The translations under genes were made by a program, and so were the position numbers. Of a DNA stretch of 64,000 bases, positions 55,308 through 64,000 are shown one piece after another (position 1 is the stretch's first letter; each line of letters starts with the position of its first letter). Below the pieces are notes generated by a model. The model saw only the letters and a list, made by a program, of their open reading frames with translations. It searched no databases and had not been told where the DNA came from. Where the stretch lies: the NCBI GenBank assembly GCA_903921785.1, contig CAIXRH010000025.1:55069-119068 (forward strand), written 5' to 3'. This stretch comes from an uncultured Pseudomonadota bacterium. GTDB lineage: Bacteria; Myxococcota_A; UBA796; SXON01.

Positions 55308-56336
55308 ATGATCCTGCTGTACGGCGCCTACGGCTATACGGGGACGCTCATCGCCGAGCGCGCAACGGCGTTGGGCGTGCAGCTGCTCCTCGGAGGCCGC
55401 GACGAAGCCCGGCTCCGCCCGCTCGCCGAGCGCACCGGGCACCCGTTCCGCGCCTTCTCCCTCGACGCGATCGATCTGACCGACGTACGGGTCCTCCTCG
55501 GCGCCGCCGGCCCCTTCGTGCACACCGCGCCGAAGCTGGTCGCCGCCTGCCTGGCGCAGGGCACGCACTACGTGGACATCACGGGGGAGATGCCGGTCTT
55601 CCAACACTGCCACGCCCGCGGGGTGGACGCCGAGTCGGCCGGCGTGGTGCTCCTGCCCGGCGCCGGCTTCGACGTGGTGCCCTCCGACTGTATCGCGAAG
55701 TTCGCGGCCGAGCAGCTCCCCGGCGCCGAGCGGATGAAGCTCTCCATCCTCAGCCGCGGCGGCGCGTCCGGCGGCACCGCGCGCACCGCCACCGAAGCCG
55801 GCCTCGCCGGATGGGTGCGGCGCGACGGCGAGCTCGTCCCCGCGCCCATCGGCTCCATCACCGGCCGCACCGACTTCGGCGACCGCGAGCGCACCACGCT
55901 GGCCGTCCCCTGGGCGGACGTGCTCACCGCCGGCTGGTCCACCGGAATCCCCAACATCGAGGTCCACTTCGCGGTGGCCCCTTCGGTGGCACGGGCCGCG
56001 CGTACTGCGGCCGCCCTCGGCGGCCTGCTTGAGACGCGTCTCGTGGGCGCGCTCGCCCGGGCCTGGGCCGCCCGGCTCCCCGCAGGCCCCGACGCCGCGG
56101 CGCGGGCGCGGGGCAGCGCGGTCTTCGTCGCCGAAGTGGAGCGGGGCAACGAGCGCTTCCGCGCCCGGCTCACCACCCCCGAGGGCTACACCCTCACGGC
56201 GATCACCGCCCTCGAATGTGCCGTACGCGCCTCCCGCGGCCGCGTGCGCCCCGGGTTCTCCACCCCGTCGCAGGCCTTCGGCGCCGACTTCATCACGACG
56301 TTTCCGGGCTGCGTACGCGAGGCGCTCCCGGTCTGA
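55308..56336 (+). CDS. saccharopine-dehydrogenase-like NAD(P)-binding oxidoreductase
   Basis: Rossmann N-terminus MILLYGAYGYTGTLIAERA; YVDITGE and LLPGAGFDVVPSD are typical of this family. Confidence 0.75.
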   Translation: MILLYGAYGYTGTLIAERATALGVQLLLGGRDEARLRPLAERTGHPFRAFSLDAIDLTDVRVLLGAAGPFVHTAPKLVAACLAQGTHYVDITGEMPVFQHCHARGVDAESAGVVLLPGAGFDVVPSDCIAKFAAEQLPGAERMKLSILSRGGASGGTARTATEAGLAGWVRRDGELVPAPIGSITGRTDFGDRERTTLAVPWADVLTAGWSTGIPNIEVHFAVAPSVARAARTAAALGGLLETRLVGALARAWAARLPAGPDAAARARGSAVFVAEVERGNERFRARLTTPEGYTLTAITALECAVRASRGRVRPGFSTPSQAFGADFITTFPGCVREALPV

Positions 56337-56387
56337 TTGCGTAACCGGGGGTTGCCCGGCGCCCCGCAACGGCTACCTTCGCCGCCC

Positions 56388-57161
56388 GTGCGCAACGTCG
56401 TCGCCATCGCCCGTCGTGAGCTTGGAGCGTATTTTGATTCGCCCCTCGCCTACTTCATCGTCCCGATCTACGTGATCCTCGTGGGCGGCTTCGCCCTCTG
56501 GTTCGATGACCTGTTCTCCGCGGGCGTCGTGAGTCTGCGCGGCGTCTTCTTCTGGGGCGCCTTGTTCCTGGTGCTCCTGGTGCCGGCGATCACGATGCGG
56601 CTCTTCGCGGAGGAGTACCGCACCGGCAGCATCGAGATGCTCGCCACGCTGCCGATCCGTGAGGAGGAGCTGGTGCTCGGCAAGTACCTGGCCGCCGTCG
56701 TGCTGATGGCGGTCGGCCTCCTTTGCACCTTCACCTACCCGATCACCCTGGCGGTGCTCGGCGTCCCGGCCACCGCCACGTCCGACGCCCCTTGGATCGT
56801 CCGCGTCGTCAACGAGAGCGGGCTCGACCTCGGGGAGGTCGGCTGCGGCTACCTCGGGTTGTTCCTGCTCGGCGCCGCCATCGCCGGCATCGGCACCGGC
56901 GTCTCTTCGCTCACGTCCTCGCAGATCGTGGCGTTCCTCGGCGCGCTGGTGGTGTCGGTCTTCCCGTTCGCGCTGGGCATGTTCCTCGACAAGGTGCCGG
57001 CCGACCTCGTGCCCCTCGCCCAGTACCTCGCCCTCGACTACCACTTCGACAACCTCGCCCGCGGGGTGATCGACAGCCGCGGCGTGATCTTCTTCTGCTC
57101 CTGCGCCGCGATCGGGCTGCACACGGCGGTGTACGCGCTCGAGCGGCGGAGGCTCACGTGA
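56388..57161 (+). CDS. ABC-2 type permease (GldF-like)
   Basis: IARRELGAYFDSPLAYFIVPIYVIL and RLFAEEYRTGSIEMLATLPI are GldF/ABC-2 signatures. GTG 56388; track start TTG 56337 is possible. Confidence 0.75.
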   Translation: MRNVVAIARRELGAYFDSPLAYFIVPIYVILVGGFALWFDDLFSAGVVSLRGVFFWGALFLVLLVPAITMRLFAEEYRTGSIEMLATLPIREEELVLGKYLAAVVLMAVGLLCTFTYPITLAVLGVPATATSDAPWIVRVVNESGLDLGEVGCGYLGLFLLGAAIAGIGTGVSSLTSSQIVAFLGALVVSVFPFALGMFLDKVPADLVPLAQYLALDYHFDNLARGVIDSRGVIFFCSCAAIGLHTAVYALERRRLT

Positions 57162-58759
57162 ACCGCCGCAGCCTCCTCGGCAACGCCACCCTGCAGATGG
57201 CGCTGACCGTGGTCATCGTGATCCTCGCGAACGTGTGGGCGAGCAGCCACTTCTTCCGGGTAGACCTCACGGAGTCCCGCCTCCACAGCCTCGACGACGC
57301 CTCCAAGGGCATCGTCGGCTCGCTGGACAAGCCGCTCACCGTGCGGGTGTACTTCACCCACGGCCTCGAAGCGCCCTACAACAACCACGAGCAGGCGCTG
57401 CGCGACAAGCTCGAAGAGCTCCGCGCGTATGCGAAGGGCAAGCTCCAGTTCACGGTGGTGGACCCCGACGGGGAGAAGAGCGTCATCGCGGAGGCCCAGA
57501 AGTACGGCCTCACCCCGCTCCAGTACACGGTGCGCCACGAAGATCGGTCGGAGCTCCGCACGGTCTGGATGGGGGCCGTGCTCATCTACGGCGATCGCAC
57601 GGAGGTCCTGCCCGCGCTGAGCAACCTCTCCACGCTGGAGTACGACCTCGTCGGCGCCATCCACCGACTGCAGCAGAAGATCAAGGATCGCCCGGTCATC
57701 GCCTTCACGGTGGGCCACGGCGAGCCCGACCTCACCAAGCCCGACGGCCCGCTCCGCGCCCTTACCGAGAGCATCGGCAAGAAGGCGTACCTGGCGCCGC
57801 TGGAGCTCGGCGGCACCGGGGAGATCGCCGAGCAGGTCGATGCGCTCTTGGTGATCGGCCCGCAGCAGACCCTCTCCGACCGCGCCCTCTACCAGATCGA
57901 CCAGTTTGTGATGCGCGGCGGGGCGGCGGCGATCTTCGTCACCAACACCCGCCCCGACATGCGCACGCTCCGCACCGAGCGCGTCAACAGCGGGCTGGAG
58001 CCGCTCCTCGGCGGCTGGGGCGTGAAGGTGGGGCGGGACATCGTGCTCGACCGGGTGGAGAACGGCGCGATGCGCTTCCCGGTCCGCGTCGGCGGAAAGA
58101 CAGGCGTCAAGGAGATCAACTACCCGCTCATCGCCAAGGCGACCGACCTGAGCGACAGCTCGGTGGTCACCGCCGGGATCGACAGCCTGCTCGTCCCCTT
58201 CGCCGCGCCGGTGGAGCTGGCCGACCCGCTGCCCGAGGGCGTGAAGGCGGAGGTCCTCGCGCGCTCCTCCCCGTCGTCCGGCTCGGTGTCGAACCTGGAG
58301 CAGCTCGAACCGGCGCAGTTCTCCAGCGTGCTCCCGGGCGAGAAGCGGGGCCCGTTCCCCCTGGTCGTCGGCATGACGGGCGCCTGGCGCAGCTTCTTCG
58401 AGACCCGCCCCGTCCCCGCCGCCGACCCCGACGTGCCCGACGAGCAGGACGGAATGGGCGCTGACGCGCCGCTGCTCGTCGAAGGGTCGCCCACCCGCCT
58501 GCTGGTCTCCGGAAGCGCCGACGTGGTGGCCAACAACCCCGCGTTCATGCTCAACGTCTGCGACTGGCTGCTCCAGGATGAGGCGCTCATCGGCATCCGC
58601 AGCAAGACCGCGACGGTCCCTTCGCTCACCGCCACCAGCAGCGGCGAGCGCACCGGCTGGCGCGTCTTCAACCTCGCCGCCGGGCCCCTGCTCCTCTTCG
58701 GGGCGGGCGGCCTCCGTCAGCTCTGGCTCCGCCGCCGCGCCGCCCGGAAGGCCGCATGA
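57158..58759 (+). CDS. GldG-like ABC-transporter accessory protein
   Basis: RVDLTESRLHSLDDASKGIVGSLDKPLTVRVYFT...KLQFTVVDPD is GldG-family. N- and C-terminal TM anchors. GTGA overlap with the permease gene. Confidence 0.8.
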   Translation: MNRRSLLGNATLQMALTVVIVILANVWASSHFFRVDLTESRLHSLDDASKGIVGSLDKPLTVRVYFTHGLEAPYNNHEQALRDKLEELRAYAKGKLQFTVVDPDGEKSVIAEAQKYGLTPLQYTVRHEDRSELRTVWMGAVLIYGDRTEVLPALSNLSTLEYDLVGAIHRLQQKIKDRPVIAFTVGHGEPDLTKPDGPLRALTESIGKKAYLAPLELGGTGEIAEQVDALLVIGPQQTLSDRALYQIDQFVMRGGAAAIFVTNTRPDMRTLRTERVNSGLEPLLGGWGVKVGRDIVLDRVENGAMRFPVRVGGKTGVKEINYPLIAKATDLSDSSVVTAGIDSLLVPFAAPVELADPLPEGVKAEVLARSSPSSGSVSNLEQLEPAQFSSVLPGEKRGPFPLVVGMTGAWRSFFETRPVPAADPDVPDEQDGMGADAPLLVEGSPTRLLVSGSADVVANNPAFMLNVCDWLLQDEALIGIRSKTATVPSLTATSSGERTGWRVFNLAAGPLLLFGAGGLRQLWLRRRAARKAA

Positions 58760-60087
58760 AGCTCACCCCCAAGAGCCTCGTGATGCTCGCCGCCGCGGCG
58801 GTGCTCGCCCTCCTCGTGGCGCTCGACCTCCGCCCCCAGACCGAGGTCGCCCCCACCCTGCCCAGCCTGCCCGTGGTGGTGGTGGACGACGTCACTCGCG
58901 TCACCATCGGCGACCAGATCGACAAGCTCACGATCGAGCGTACGAACAAGGACGCGCCCTGGCAGATCGTGGCCCCGCTCCAGTACCCGGCGGACGCGAA
59001 GATCGTGAAGGCGTTCGTGAAGGCGCTCGCCTCCGGCGTGCCTATGCAGACCCAGGTCGACAAGGGAAACCTCGAAGACTACGGCGTGGACGATCAGCAC
59101 GCGCTGCGCGCCGAGCTCTACACTTCCGGCGAAGAGCCGGCGTTGGCGGTGATCGTCGGCAAGACCGCCGGCCCCGAGAGCGCCTTCGTGCGCCTCCCGG
59201 GGGACGACACGGTGTACCGCGCCGAGGTCGGCGCCCGTGAGCGCTTCGAGCGCAAGGCCGGCGAGTGGCGCGACCGCACGGTCCTCGAGGTCCCGGTGGA
59301 GGAGGTCGTGGGCTTCACCATCGAGCGCGGCGCAGAGACCCTGCGATTCACCCGCGGCGCCAGCCCCGGCAACGACGAGAAGGGCGCTCCGCTCCCCGGC
59401 ACCTGGACCCTCGCCGACGCCCCCTTCCCGGTCGACAGCGACGGGGTCGACGTGTTGGTGCACGGCGTCGGCCGCGTGCGCGCGGGCGAGATCAACAACC
59501 CCGACTACGACGGCGGCTTCGCCAGCCCCGCGGCGATCGCCACCTTCACCACGAAGACCGGCGCCACGCACCGCATCGTCGTCGGCGGCCGGAGCGACGA
59601 GCGGGCCTGTTGGCTCCGGGTGGACGACCGCCCCGAGGTCTTCAAGGTCTCCGCGAAGGTGAAGCAGACCCTGCTCCTCCCGCTCACCGAGCTGCGCGAT
59701 CGCAGCCTCGCCCACTTCGACCGCCTGGCGATCGACACCGTCTCCTGGATCGAGGGCAGCCTCACGATGACCGTGCGCTGGGACCCTTCGGCGATCAAGT
59801 GGGTGGTCACCCAGCCCGCCAACGTCGACGTGGACCAGAAGGAGATCATCCAGGCCACCGGCCAGCTCGCGAGCCTCCGGGCCGTCGCCTTCGCCCCCGA
59901 CGCCACGTTCACCCCCCGCGGCACCGCGGTGAAGCTGCGGATGCGGGACGGGCGGGAGTGGGAGCTCACCCTCGCGGCGGCCGAGCGCGAGGGCAAGCTC
60001 CAGCGCGCCCGCGTCTCCGGGCGCAGCGAGGTCTTCCTGGTGGATGCCCGGTTGATCGCGGAGATCCGCAGCGCGTTCGGGCGGTAG
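58756..60087 (+). CDS. DUF4340-like protein
   Basis: N-terminal anchor MKLTPKSLVMLAAAAVLALLV, repeated beta-rich modules. The position directly after gldG (ATGA overlap) is typical for DUF4340. Confidence 0.7.
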   Translation: MKLTPKSLVMLAAAAVLALLVALDLRPQTEVAPTLPSLPVVVVDDVTRVTIGDQIDKLTIERTNKDAPWQIVAPLQYPADAKIVKAFVKALASGVPMQTQVDKGNLEDYGVDDQHALRAELYTSGEEPALAVIVGKTAGPESAFVRLPGDDTVYRAEVGARERFERKAGEWRDRTVLEVPVEEVVGFTIERGAETLRFTRGASPGNDEKGAPLPGTWTLADAPFPVDSDGVDVLVHGVGRVRAGEINNPDYDGGFASPAAIATFTTKTGATHRIVVGGRSDERACWLRVDDRPEVFKVSAKVKQTLLLPLTELRDRSLAHFDRLAIDTVSWIEGSLTMTVRWDPSAIKWVVTQPANVDVDQKEIIQATGQLASLRAVAFAPDATFTPRGTAVKLRMRDGREWELTLAAAEREGKLQRARVSGRSEVFLVDARLIAEIRSAFGR

Positions 60088-60181
60088 CCCGGGCGCCCCG
60101 GCCCACTCCTCGAAAAAGGTGTGTCGACGATCCGAATAGCGCCCCGGGGTGGCACGTTTACGTGAGACCTTGGGAGGTACG

Positions 60182-61372
60182 ATGTTCGGCCCGCTCGCTT
60201 TCGCGCTCACCTTCGCCCAGCCGGCCCTGGCCGCGGACGAAGTCGAGCCCGCCACCGTCACCCTCGTCGGGGATGCGGACGCGGCCGGGAAGAAGAAGGC
60301 CGCCAAGGGCGAGCCCAGCAAGGCCGCGCCCGCTCGTGGCGCCGCGCCGGCCCCGAGCACCCAGCGGAGCGCCCCGACTCGCGGCAATCCGACCTCGCAG
60401 ACCCGCCCGGCGCGCCCCGTGAACACGGAGAGCAGCCACGCGCCCGTCGACGCCCGCCCCTCCACGGGCAAGCCGGCCAACCTCCGCGGCTCCGCGAGCC
60501 ACGAGGCGGCCGACCGCCACGCCCCCGCCGAGAGCCATGAGAGCGCGTCGCACGCGGCGGCTGATCGTCACGCCCCCGCCGCCAGCCACGAGTCGGCCGA
60601 TCGCCACCTCCCGGCCTACACCGGGCACCACGCCCCGGCCGTGAGCCACGCCGTCGCGCGCCACCGCGCCGCCACCCGCGGCTACGCCAGCCACCACGCG
60701 GCCTGGGTCTCCCACCGCACGCCCTACCACTGGTACGGCGCCTGGCGCCCCGGCCACCCCCACTACTGGTACCACGGCGTGTTCGTGTACGGCCCGCCGG
60801 TGGTCTACGTGGACGGCGGCGGTCACGCGTCCGCCGGTGGCGGCGGCGGCGGCCGCTCCGCCGAGCCGAAGCGCGCCGTGAACCGCGAAGGCAAGTTCTC
60901 CCTCGGCGTCACCGGTGGCAGCTACCTCAGCGGCTTCCACGACGGCACTGGCTACGGCGACGCGGGCCTCGGCCTCAACGTGGCCTACCGCCCCATCGAG
61001 CCCCTGGCCTTCCAGCTCTCGTGGACCTACCACGACGCCTCCTGGACGCAGGGCAGCGCCCGCGTGCAGCAGCCGCTCCAGCTCAGCGCCGAGCTCTTCG
61101 CGTTCCCGTGGAGCCGCGTCAGCCCGTACGTGCTCGCCGGCGTCACCACCACTGACCGCAACCTCGACCAGCCCTTCCCCGCGGGGCCGGACCTCGAGAC
61201 CGACCAGCCGCTCTGGGGCCCCCACGCCGGCGTCGGCATCGAGTTCGCGATCGGCAAGAGCGTGGCCCTCGACTTCGACGCGCGCTTCATCGGCTACGTG
61301 AACAAGCCGGTGGAAGACCCGAGCGACGCCGGCGCCATCCAGGCGAACATGGGCTTGAACTTCTACTTCTAG
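60182..61372 (+). CDS. outer-membrane beta-barrel protein with a His-rich repetitive N-terminal region
   Basis: GGGAGG RBS then MFGPLAFALTFAQPALA (signal). Repeats SHEAADRHAPA / SHAAADRHAPA / SHESADRHLPA. The C-terminal ~160 aa have an OMP-barrel pattern ending NMGLNFYF. Confidence 0.65.
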   Translation: MFGPLAFALTFAQPALAADEVEPATVTLVGDADAAGKKKAAKGEPSKAAPARGAAPAPSTQRSAPTRGNPTSQTRPARPVNTESSHAPVDARPSTGKPANLRGSASHEAADRHAPAESHESASHAAADRHAPAASHESADRHLPAYTGHHAPAVSHAVARHRAATRGYASHHAAWVSHRTPYHWYGAWRPGHPHYWYHGVFVYGPPVVYVDGGGHASAGGGGGGRSAEPKRAVNREGKFSLGVTGGSYLSGFHDGTGYGDAGLGLNVAYRPIEPLAFQLSWTYHDASWTQGSARVQQPLQLSAELFAFPWSRVSPYVLAGVTTTDRNLDQPFPAGPDLETDQPLWGPHAGVGIEFAIGKSVALDFDARFIGYVNKPVEDPSDAGAIQANMGLNFYF

Positions 61373-61508
61373 TCCACCGTCATTGCAGACACACGGCCGC
61401 TCGGGGAGACCCGGGCGGTCTTCGTTTTTGGCGATCGCGGGTTTGGCGCCCGGTCCTGAGCCGCGCCGGGGCCGACGTGGTTATAACGATGTTGATACGA
61501 GGTGCCCG

Positions 61509-61742
61509 ATGGTCAAGACGCTCTCCCCGATCGGCAACAGCCTCGGGCTCATCCTCGACAAGCCGATCCTCGACCTTCTCGGCATCGCTCGGGACACCCC
61601 GCTGGAGATCAAGACCGACGGTGAGTCGCTGATCATTCGCCCGATCCGGGAGAAGGACGGCGCCGTGGGCGAGTCGACGCGCCGGATGATGGACAGCCAC
61701 GCGGAGACGCTGCGGAAGCTGGCCCGATCGCCGCGTTCCTGA
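61509..61742 (+). CDS. AbrB/MazE/SpoVT-type DNA-binding protein (antitoxin-like)
   Basis: MVKTLSPIGNSLGLILDKPILDLLGI...LEIKTDGESLIIRPI is a swapped-hairpin AbrB-like domain. 77 aa. No toxin gene adjacent. Confidence 0.7.
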   Translation: MVKTLSPIGNSLGLILDKPILDLLGIARDTPLEIKTDGESLIIRPIREKDGAVGESTRRMMDSHAETLRKLARSPRS

Positions 61743-61795
61743 CCGAGCTCGCCGGCGCAGCCCCGTAGGCCCACCTCCCCGTTACGCTGCCCCCG

Positions 61796-62446
61796 ATGCC
61801 CGCCTCCTCCGCACCGATCGGCTTCTTCCGCGCGGAGGAGGTGTCGGCGCTCCCCCGACCCACGCCCGAGCGCCCGCTGCGGGTGCTCCTCAGCGCGTGC
61901 CTCGTGGGCATCCCCTGCGGCGTGGATGGCACCGCCTACGGGGAGTACCCGCACGTGCTCCTGCTCTCCCGGCTCCCCAACGTGCAGGCGACGCGGTTCT
62001 GCCCAGAGGAGTCCGTCTTCGGAACGCCGCGAAGCATGCCGGACATCCACGGCGGCAACGGCTTCGACGTGCTGGACGGGAAGGTCCGGGTCCTCACCGA
62101 CAAGGGCGACGACTGGACGGCCGGGTTCGTGTCCGCCGCCTACGAGATGCTGCGGATCGCCCAGGCCGCGTCCATCGACCTCGCCGTGGTGCAGAACATG
62201 AGCGCCGCGTGCGGAACGCAGGTGATCTCCGAGGGCTGTCGCTTCGACACTCCACGACGGTTCCAGCGCGGACCGGGCGTCAGCACGGCCCTCCTGCTGC
62301 GAAACGGCTTCCGGGTCGTCAACGCCCTGGACCTGCGGACCCTGGACCTGCTCCTGCAGCACCTCGACCCCAGCCACGTGCTCGATCCCACGCTGGTCAA
62401 CTACGATGAGCGCGCCTGGTACCAGGAGAATTTCGGGCGCAGGTAG
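61796..62446 (+). CDS. DUF523 (YbbK/TudS-like) protein
   Basis: VLLSACLVGIPCGVDG matches the DUF523 SACLLG..CRYDG motif, with further Cys in NMSAACGTQVISEGC. Confidence 0.7.
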   Translation: MPASSAPIGFFRAEEVSALPRPTPERPLRVLLSACLVGIPCGVDGTAYGEYPHVLLLSRLPNVQATRFCPEESVFGTPRSMPDIHGGNGFDVLDGKVRVLTDKGDDWTAGFVSAAYEMLRIAQAASIDLAVVQNMSAACGTQVISEGCRFDTPRRFQRGPGVSTALLLRNGFRVVNALDLRTLDLLLQHLDPSHVLDPTLVNYDERAWYQENFGRR

Positions 62447-62466
62447 GCGCCACCGCCCCTCCTCGC

Positions 62467-62635
62467 CATTCTCGCCCCCGCGGCTCCTCGACCGCGGCGC
62501 CTCCAGTCGGGAAAGCCGGTGTCGGGCCACCAGCCCTTGGGCAGGTTCGTCGAGGGGATGGCGAAGGGCCGTGGTGCCCCATCGGCTTGCCGACCGGTCA
62601 ACGTGGGTGGTCGAGGAACCGCCGGGGCGAGAATG
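62467..62635. repeat. element with 27-bp terminal inverted repeats between convergent genes
   Basis: CATTCTCGCCCCCGCGGCTCCTCGACC (62467-62493) pairs with GGTCGAGGAACCGCCGGGGCGAGAATG (62609-62635), 25/27 complementary, 115 nt apart. Confidence 0.8.
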
Positions 62636-62649
62636 GGGCGGCGAAGGCC

Positions 62650-63393
62650 TTACCCCTCGTCGCGCACCAACAACCCCAGCCCCCGACGCAGCCCGCCGAG
62701 CGCGGCGATGTCCCGGGGGCGGGCGGCGGTGACCGGCACCTCGGTGCGCACGCGGGCGGGCCGGGCGCTCACCACGACGACGCGGTCCGCGAGGCGGATC
62801 GCCTCGTCCACCGAGTGGGTGACCAGGATCACGGTCGGCCGGGCGGCGAGCCAGGCGTTCTCGAGCACGTCCTGGAGGCGCTCGCGGGAGAGGGCGTCCA
62901 AGGCGGCGAACGGCTCGTCGAGCAGCAGCACGGCGGGCTCCACAGCCAGGGCGCGGGCGAGCGCGACCCGCTGCTTCATGCCCCCCGAGAGCTCCTTCGG
63001 GTAGCGGCGCTCGGTGCCCGCGAGGCCGAGCGCGGCCACCAGCGCGGCCACGAGGTCCGGGTTCGGCCGGCCGGCGGCCTCCAGCCCGAACGCGATGTTC
63101 TCCGCGACGGTGAGCCAGGGGAAGAGCCCCGCGTCCTGGGCGACGAGCACGCGATCGGGGGCGATGCCCCGCACCGGCGCGCCGCCCACCTCCACCACGC
63201 CGGCGTCGGGGGTGTCGAAGCCGGCGACGAGGCGGAGGACGGTGGTCTTTCCGGAGCCGCTGGGCCCGACGACCGCGACGAACTCCCCGGCGGCGACGTC
63301 GAGGTCGAAGCCGACGAGGGCGTCCACCTTCGCGCCGCCGCGCGCTTCCCGGAACGCCTTGTGGACGCCGGCGAGGCGGATGGCGCGGCTCAC
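62650..63393 (-). CDS. ABC transporter ATP-binding protein (nitrate/sulfonate/taurine NitT/TauT type)
   Basis: Walker A GPSGSGKTTVLRLVAG, LSGGMKQRVALARAL, LLLDEPFAALD. GTG 63393 overlaps the permease stop (GTGA). Confidence 0.85.
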   Translation of the reverse strand: MSRAIRLAGVHKAFREARGGAKVDALVGFDLDVAAGEFVAVVGPSGSGKTTVLRLVAGFDTPDAGVVEVGGAPVRGIAPDRVLVAQDAGLFPWLTVAENIAFGLEAAGRPNPDLVAALVAALGLAGTERRYPKELSGGMKQRVALARALAVEPAVLLLDEPFAALDALSRERLQDVLENAWLAARPTVILVTHSVDEAIRLADRVVVVSARPARVRTEVPVTAARPRDIAALGGLRRGLGLLVRDEG

Positions 63394-64000
63394 GCCCACC
63401 TCAAGAGCCGCGCCTGGGCGCGGCGCAGGCCGACGTCGGTCAAGGCGCCGGCGCCCCCGAGCGCGAGCATCCCCACGAAGGTGCGCGCCGGCAGGAGCAT
63501 GTCCCGTCCTTCGAGCACGAGCACGCCGAGCCCCTGCGCCGCCGAAACGAACTCCGCCGCCACCAGCACGAACCACCCCATCACCAGCCCCTCCCGCGCC
63601 GCGCCCAGGACGCCCGGGAGGGCGGCATGCACCCGGATCCCGAGGCGACGGACCGGCGAAGCGCCGAGGTTCTCCGCCGCCTGGAGCAGCGCCACCGGCA
63701 CCCGCCGGGTGGCGTCCTCCACCCCCAGGCTCACCACGTGGAAGACCGCCCCCGCGAGCACCGCCACCTGCTGCGCCTCGCTCACCCCGAACCAGAGGAG
63801 CGTCAGCGGAATCCAGGCGATCGGCGGGATCGGGCGCAGGAGCGCCAACGGCGCCGCCACCAGCCGCCCCGGCCCACCCTGCGCCGCCAGCACCCCCGCC
63901 GCGACCCCGGCCACCACCCCGAGGCCCCCGCCGACGAGCACCCTCAGCGCCGAGTGACCGGCCGCGACCGCGAGGTCTCCGCTCTGGAGGAGCGCCAGCG
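63390..64000 (-). CDS. ABC transporter permease (SsuC/TauC-like), 5' end beyond window
   Basis: PIPPIAWIPLTLLWFG and AAENLGASPVRRLGIRVHAALPG (EAA-loop-like). The frame stays open upstream of the track start (GTG 63941) to the window edge. Confidence 0.8.
   Translation of the reverse strand, partial: LALLQSGDLAVAAGHSALRVLVGGGLGVVAGVAAGVLAAQGGPGRLVAAPLALLRPIPPIAWIPLTLLWFGVSEAQQVAVLAGAVFHVVSLGVEDATRRVPVALLQAAENLGASPVRRLGIRVHAALPGVLGAAREGLVMGWFVLVAAEFVSAAQGLGVLVLEGRDMLLPARTFVGMLALGGAGALTDVGLRRAQARLLRWA

Noticed and set aside
53891-56032. 713-aa plus-strand ORF
   Set aside because: Antisense to pepP and out of frame with the saccharopine-dehydrogenase-like gene; R/G/A/H-rich.

Overview
64-kb, very GC-rich (about 70% by eye) chromosomal window, probably from a myxobacterium (Myxococcota). 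The clues are a MYXO-CTERM-like sorting tail on a trypsin-like protease, an AgmX/PglI-type tail on a zinc-ribbon protein, a large Hanks-type kinase and a very high density of lipoproteins. I call about 60 CDS, 4 tRNAs (Ser-TGA, Ser-GCT, Arg-ACG, Leu-GAG), 3 intrinsic terminators and several repeats. Housekeeping genes include typA, dapD, rnhA, a dihydropyrimidinase, atpZ-atpI-atpB-atpE, cstA-fur, secG, lgt, mlaEF, pepP and a gldF/gldG-like ABC-2 locus. Many long R/G/P/A-rich ORFs in the six-frame track are antisense shadows of real genes and were rejected. Main hunt result: positions 14842-15026 and 26842-27026 are ~97% identical direct repeats, offset by exactly 12,000 bp. They duplicate the last 76 nt of the dihydropyrimidinase gene plus its 3' hairpin. 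They bracket nine tightly coupled minus-strand genes (15032-26700), and every one of those proteins has a signal peptide or lipobox. The set combines ApbE (FMN transferase), a DUF3570-like barrel protein carrying a canonical DIISGAT flavinylation motif, a DUF4266-like mini-lipoprotein and a TlpA-type thioredoxin fusion. It also includes a beta-propeller/di-haem peroxidase fusion, two lipoproteins with CX4CH motifs and an FG-GAP/ASPIC protein. No integrase and no inner-membrane electron-input module is present. I read this as an insertion-like island carrying an uncharacterised flavin-plus-haem envelope redox system; the function is inference. Secondary observations are a 52-bp intergenic repeat found twice, a ~170-bp element with 27-bp inverted termini, a haem-motif/copper-monooxygenase-like gene next to a PNGase-F-like gene, and a stand-alone B12-radical-SAM gene convergent with a SET-domain gene. 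Others are a Gly/Arg-rich insertion in a hydrolase-like protein, a His-rich outer-membrane barrel protein, and ABC loci missing expected partners. All family assignments come from motif recognition by eye; no database search was run.
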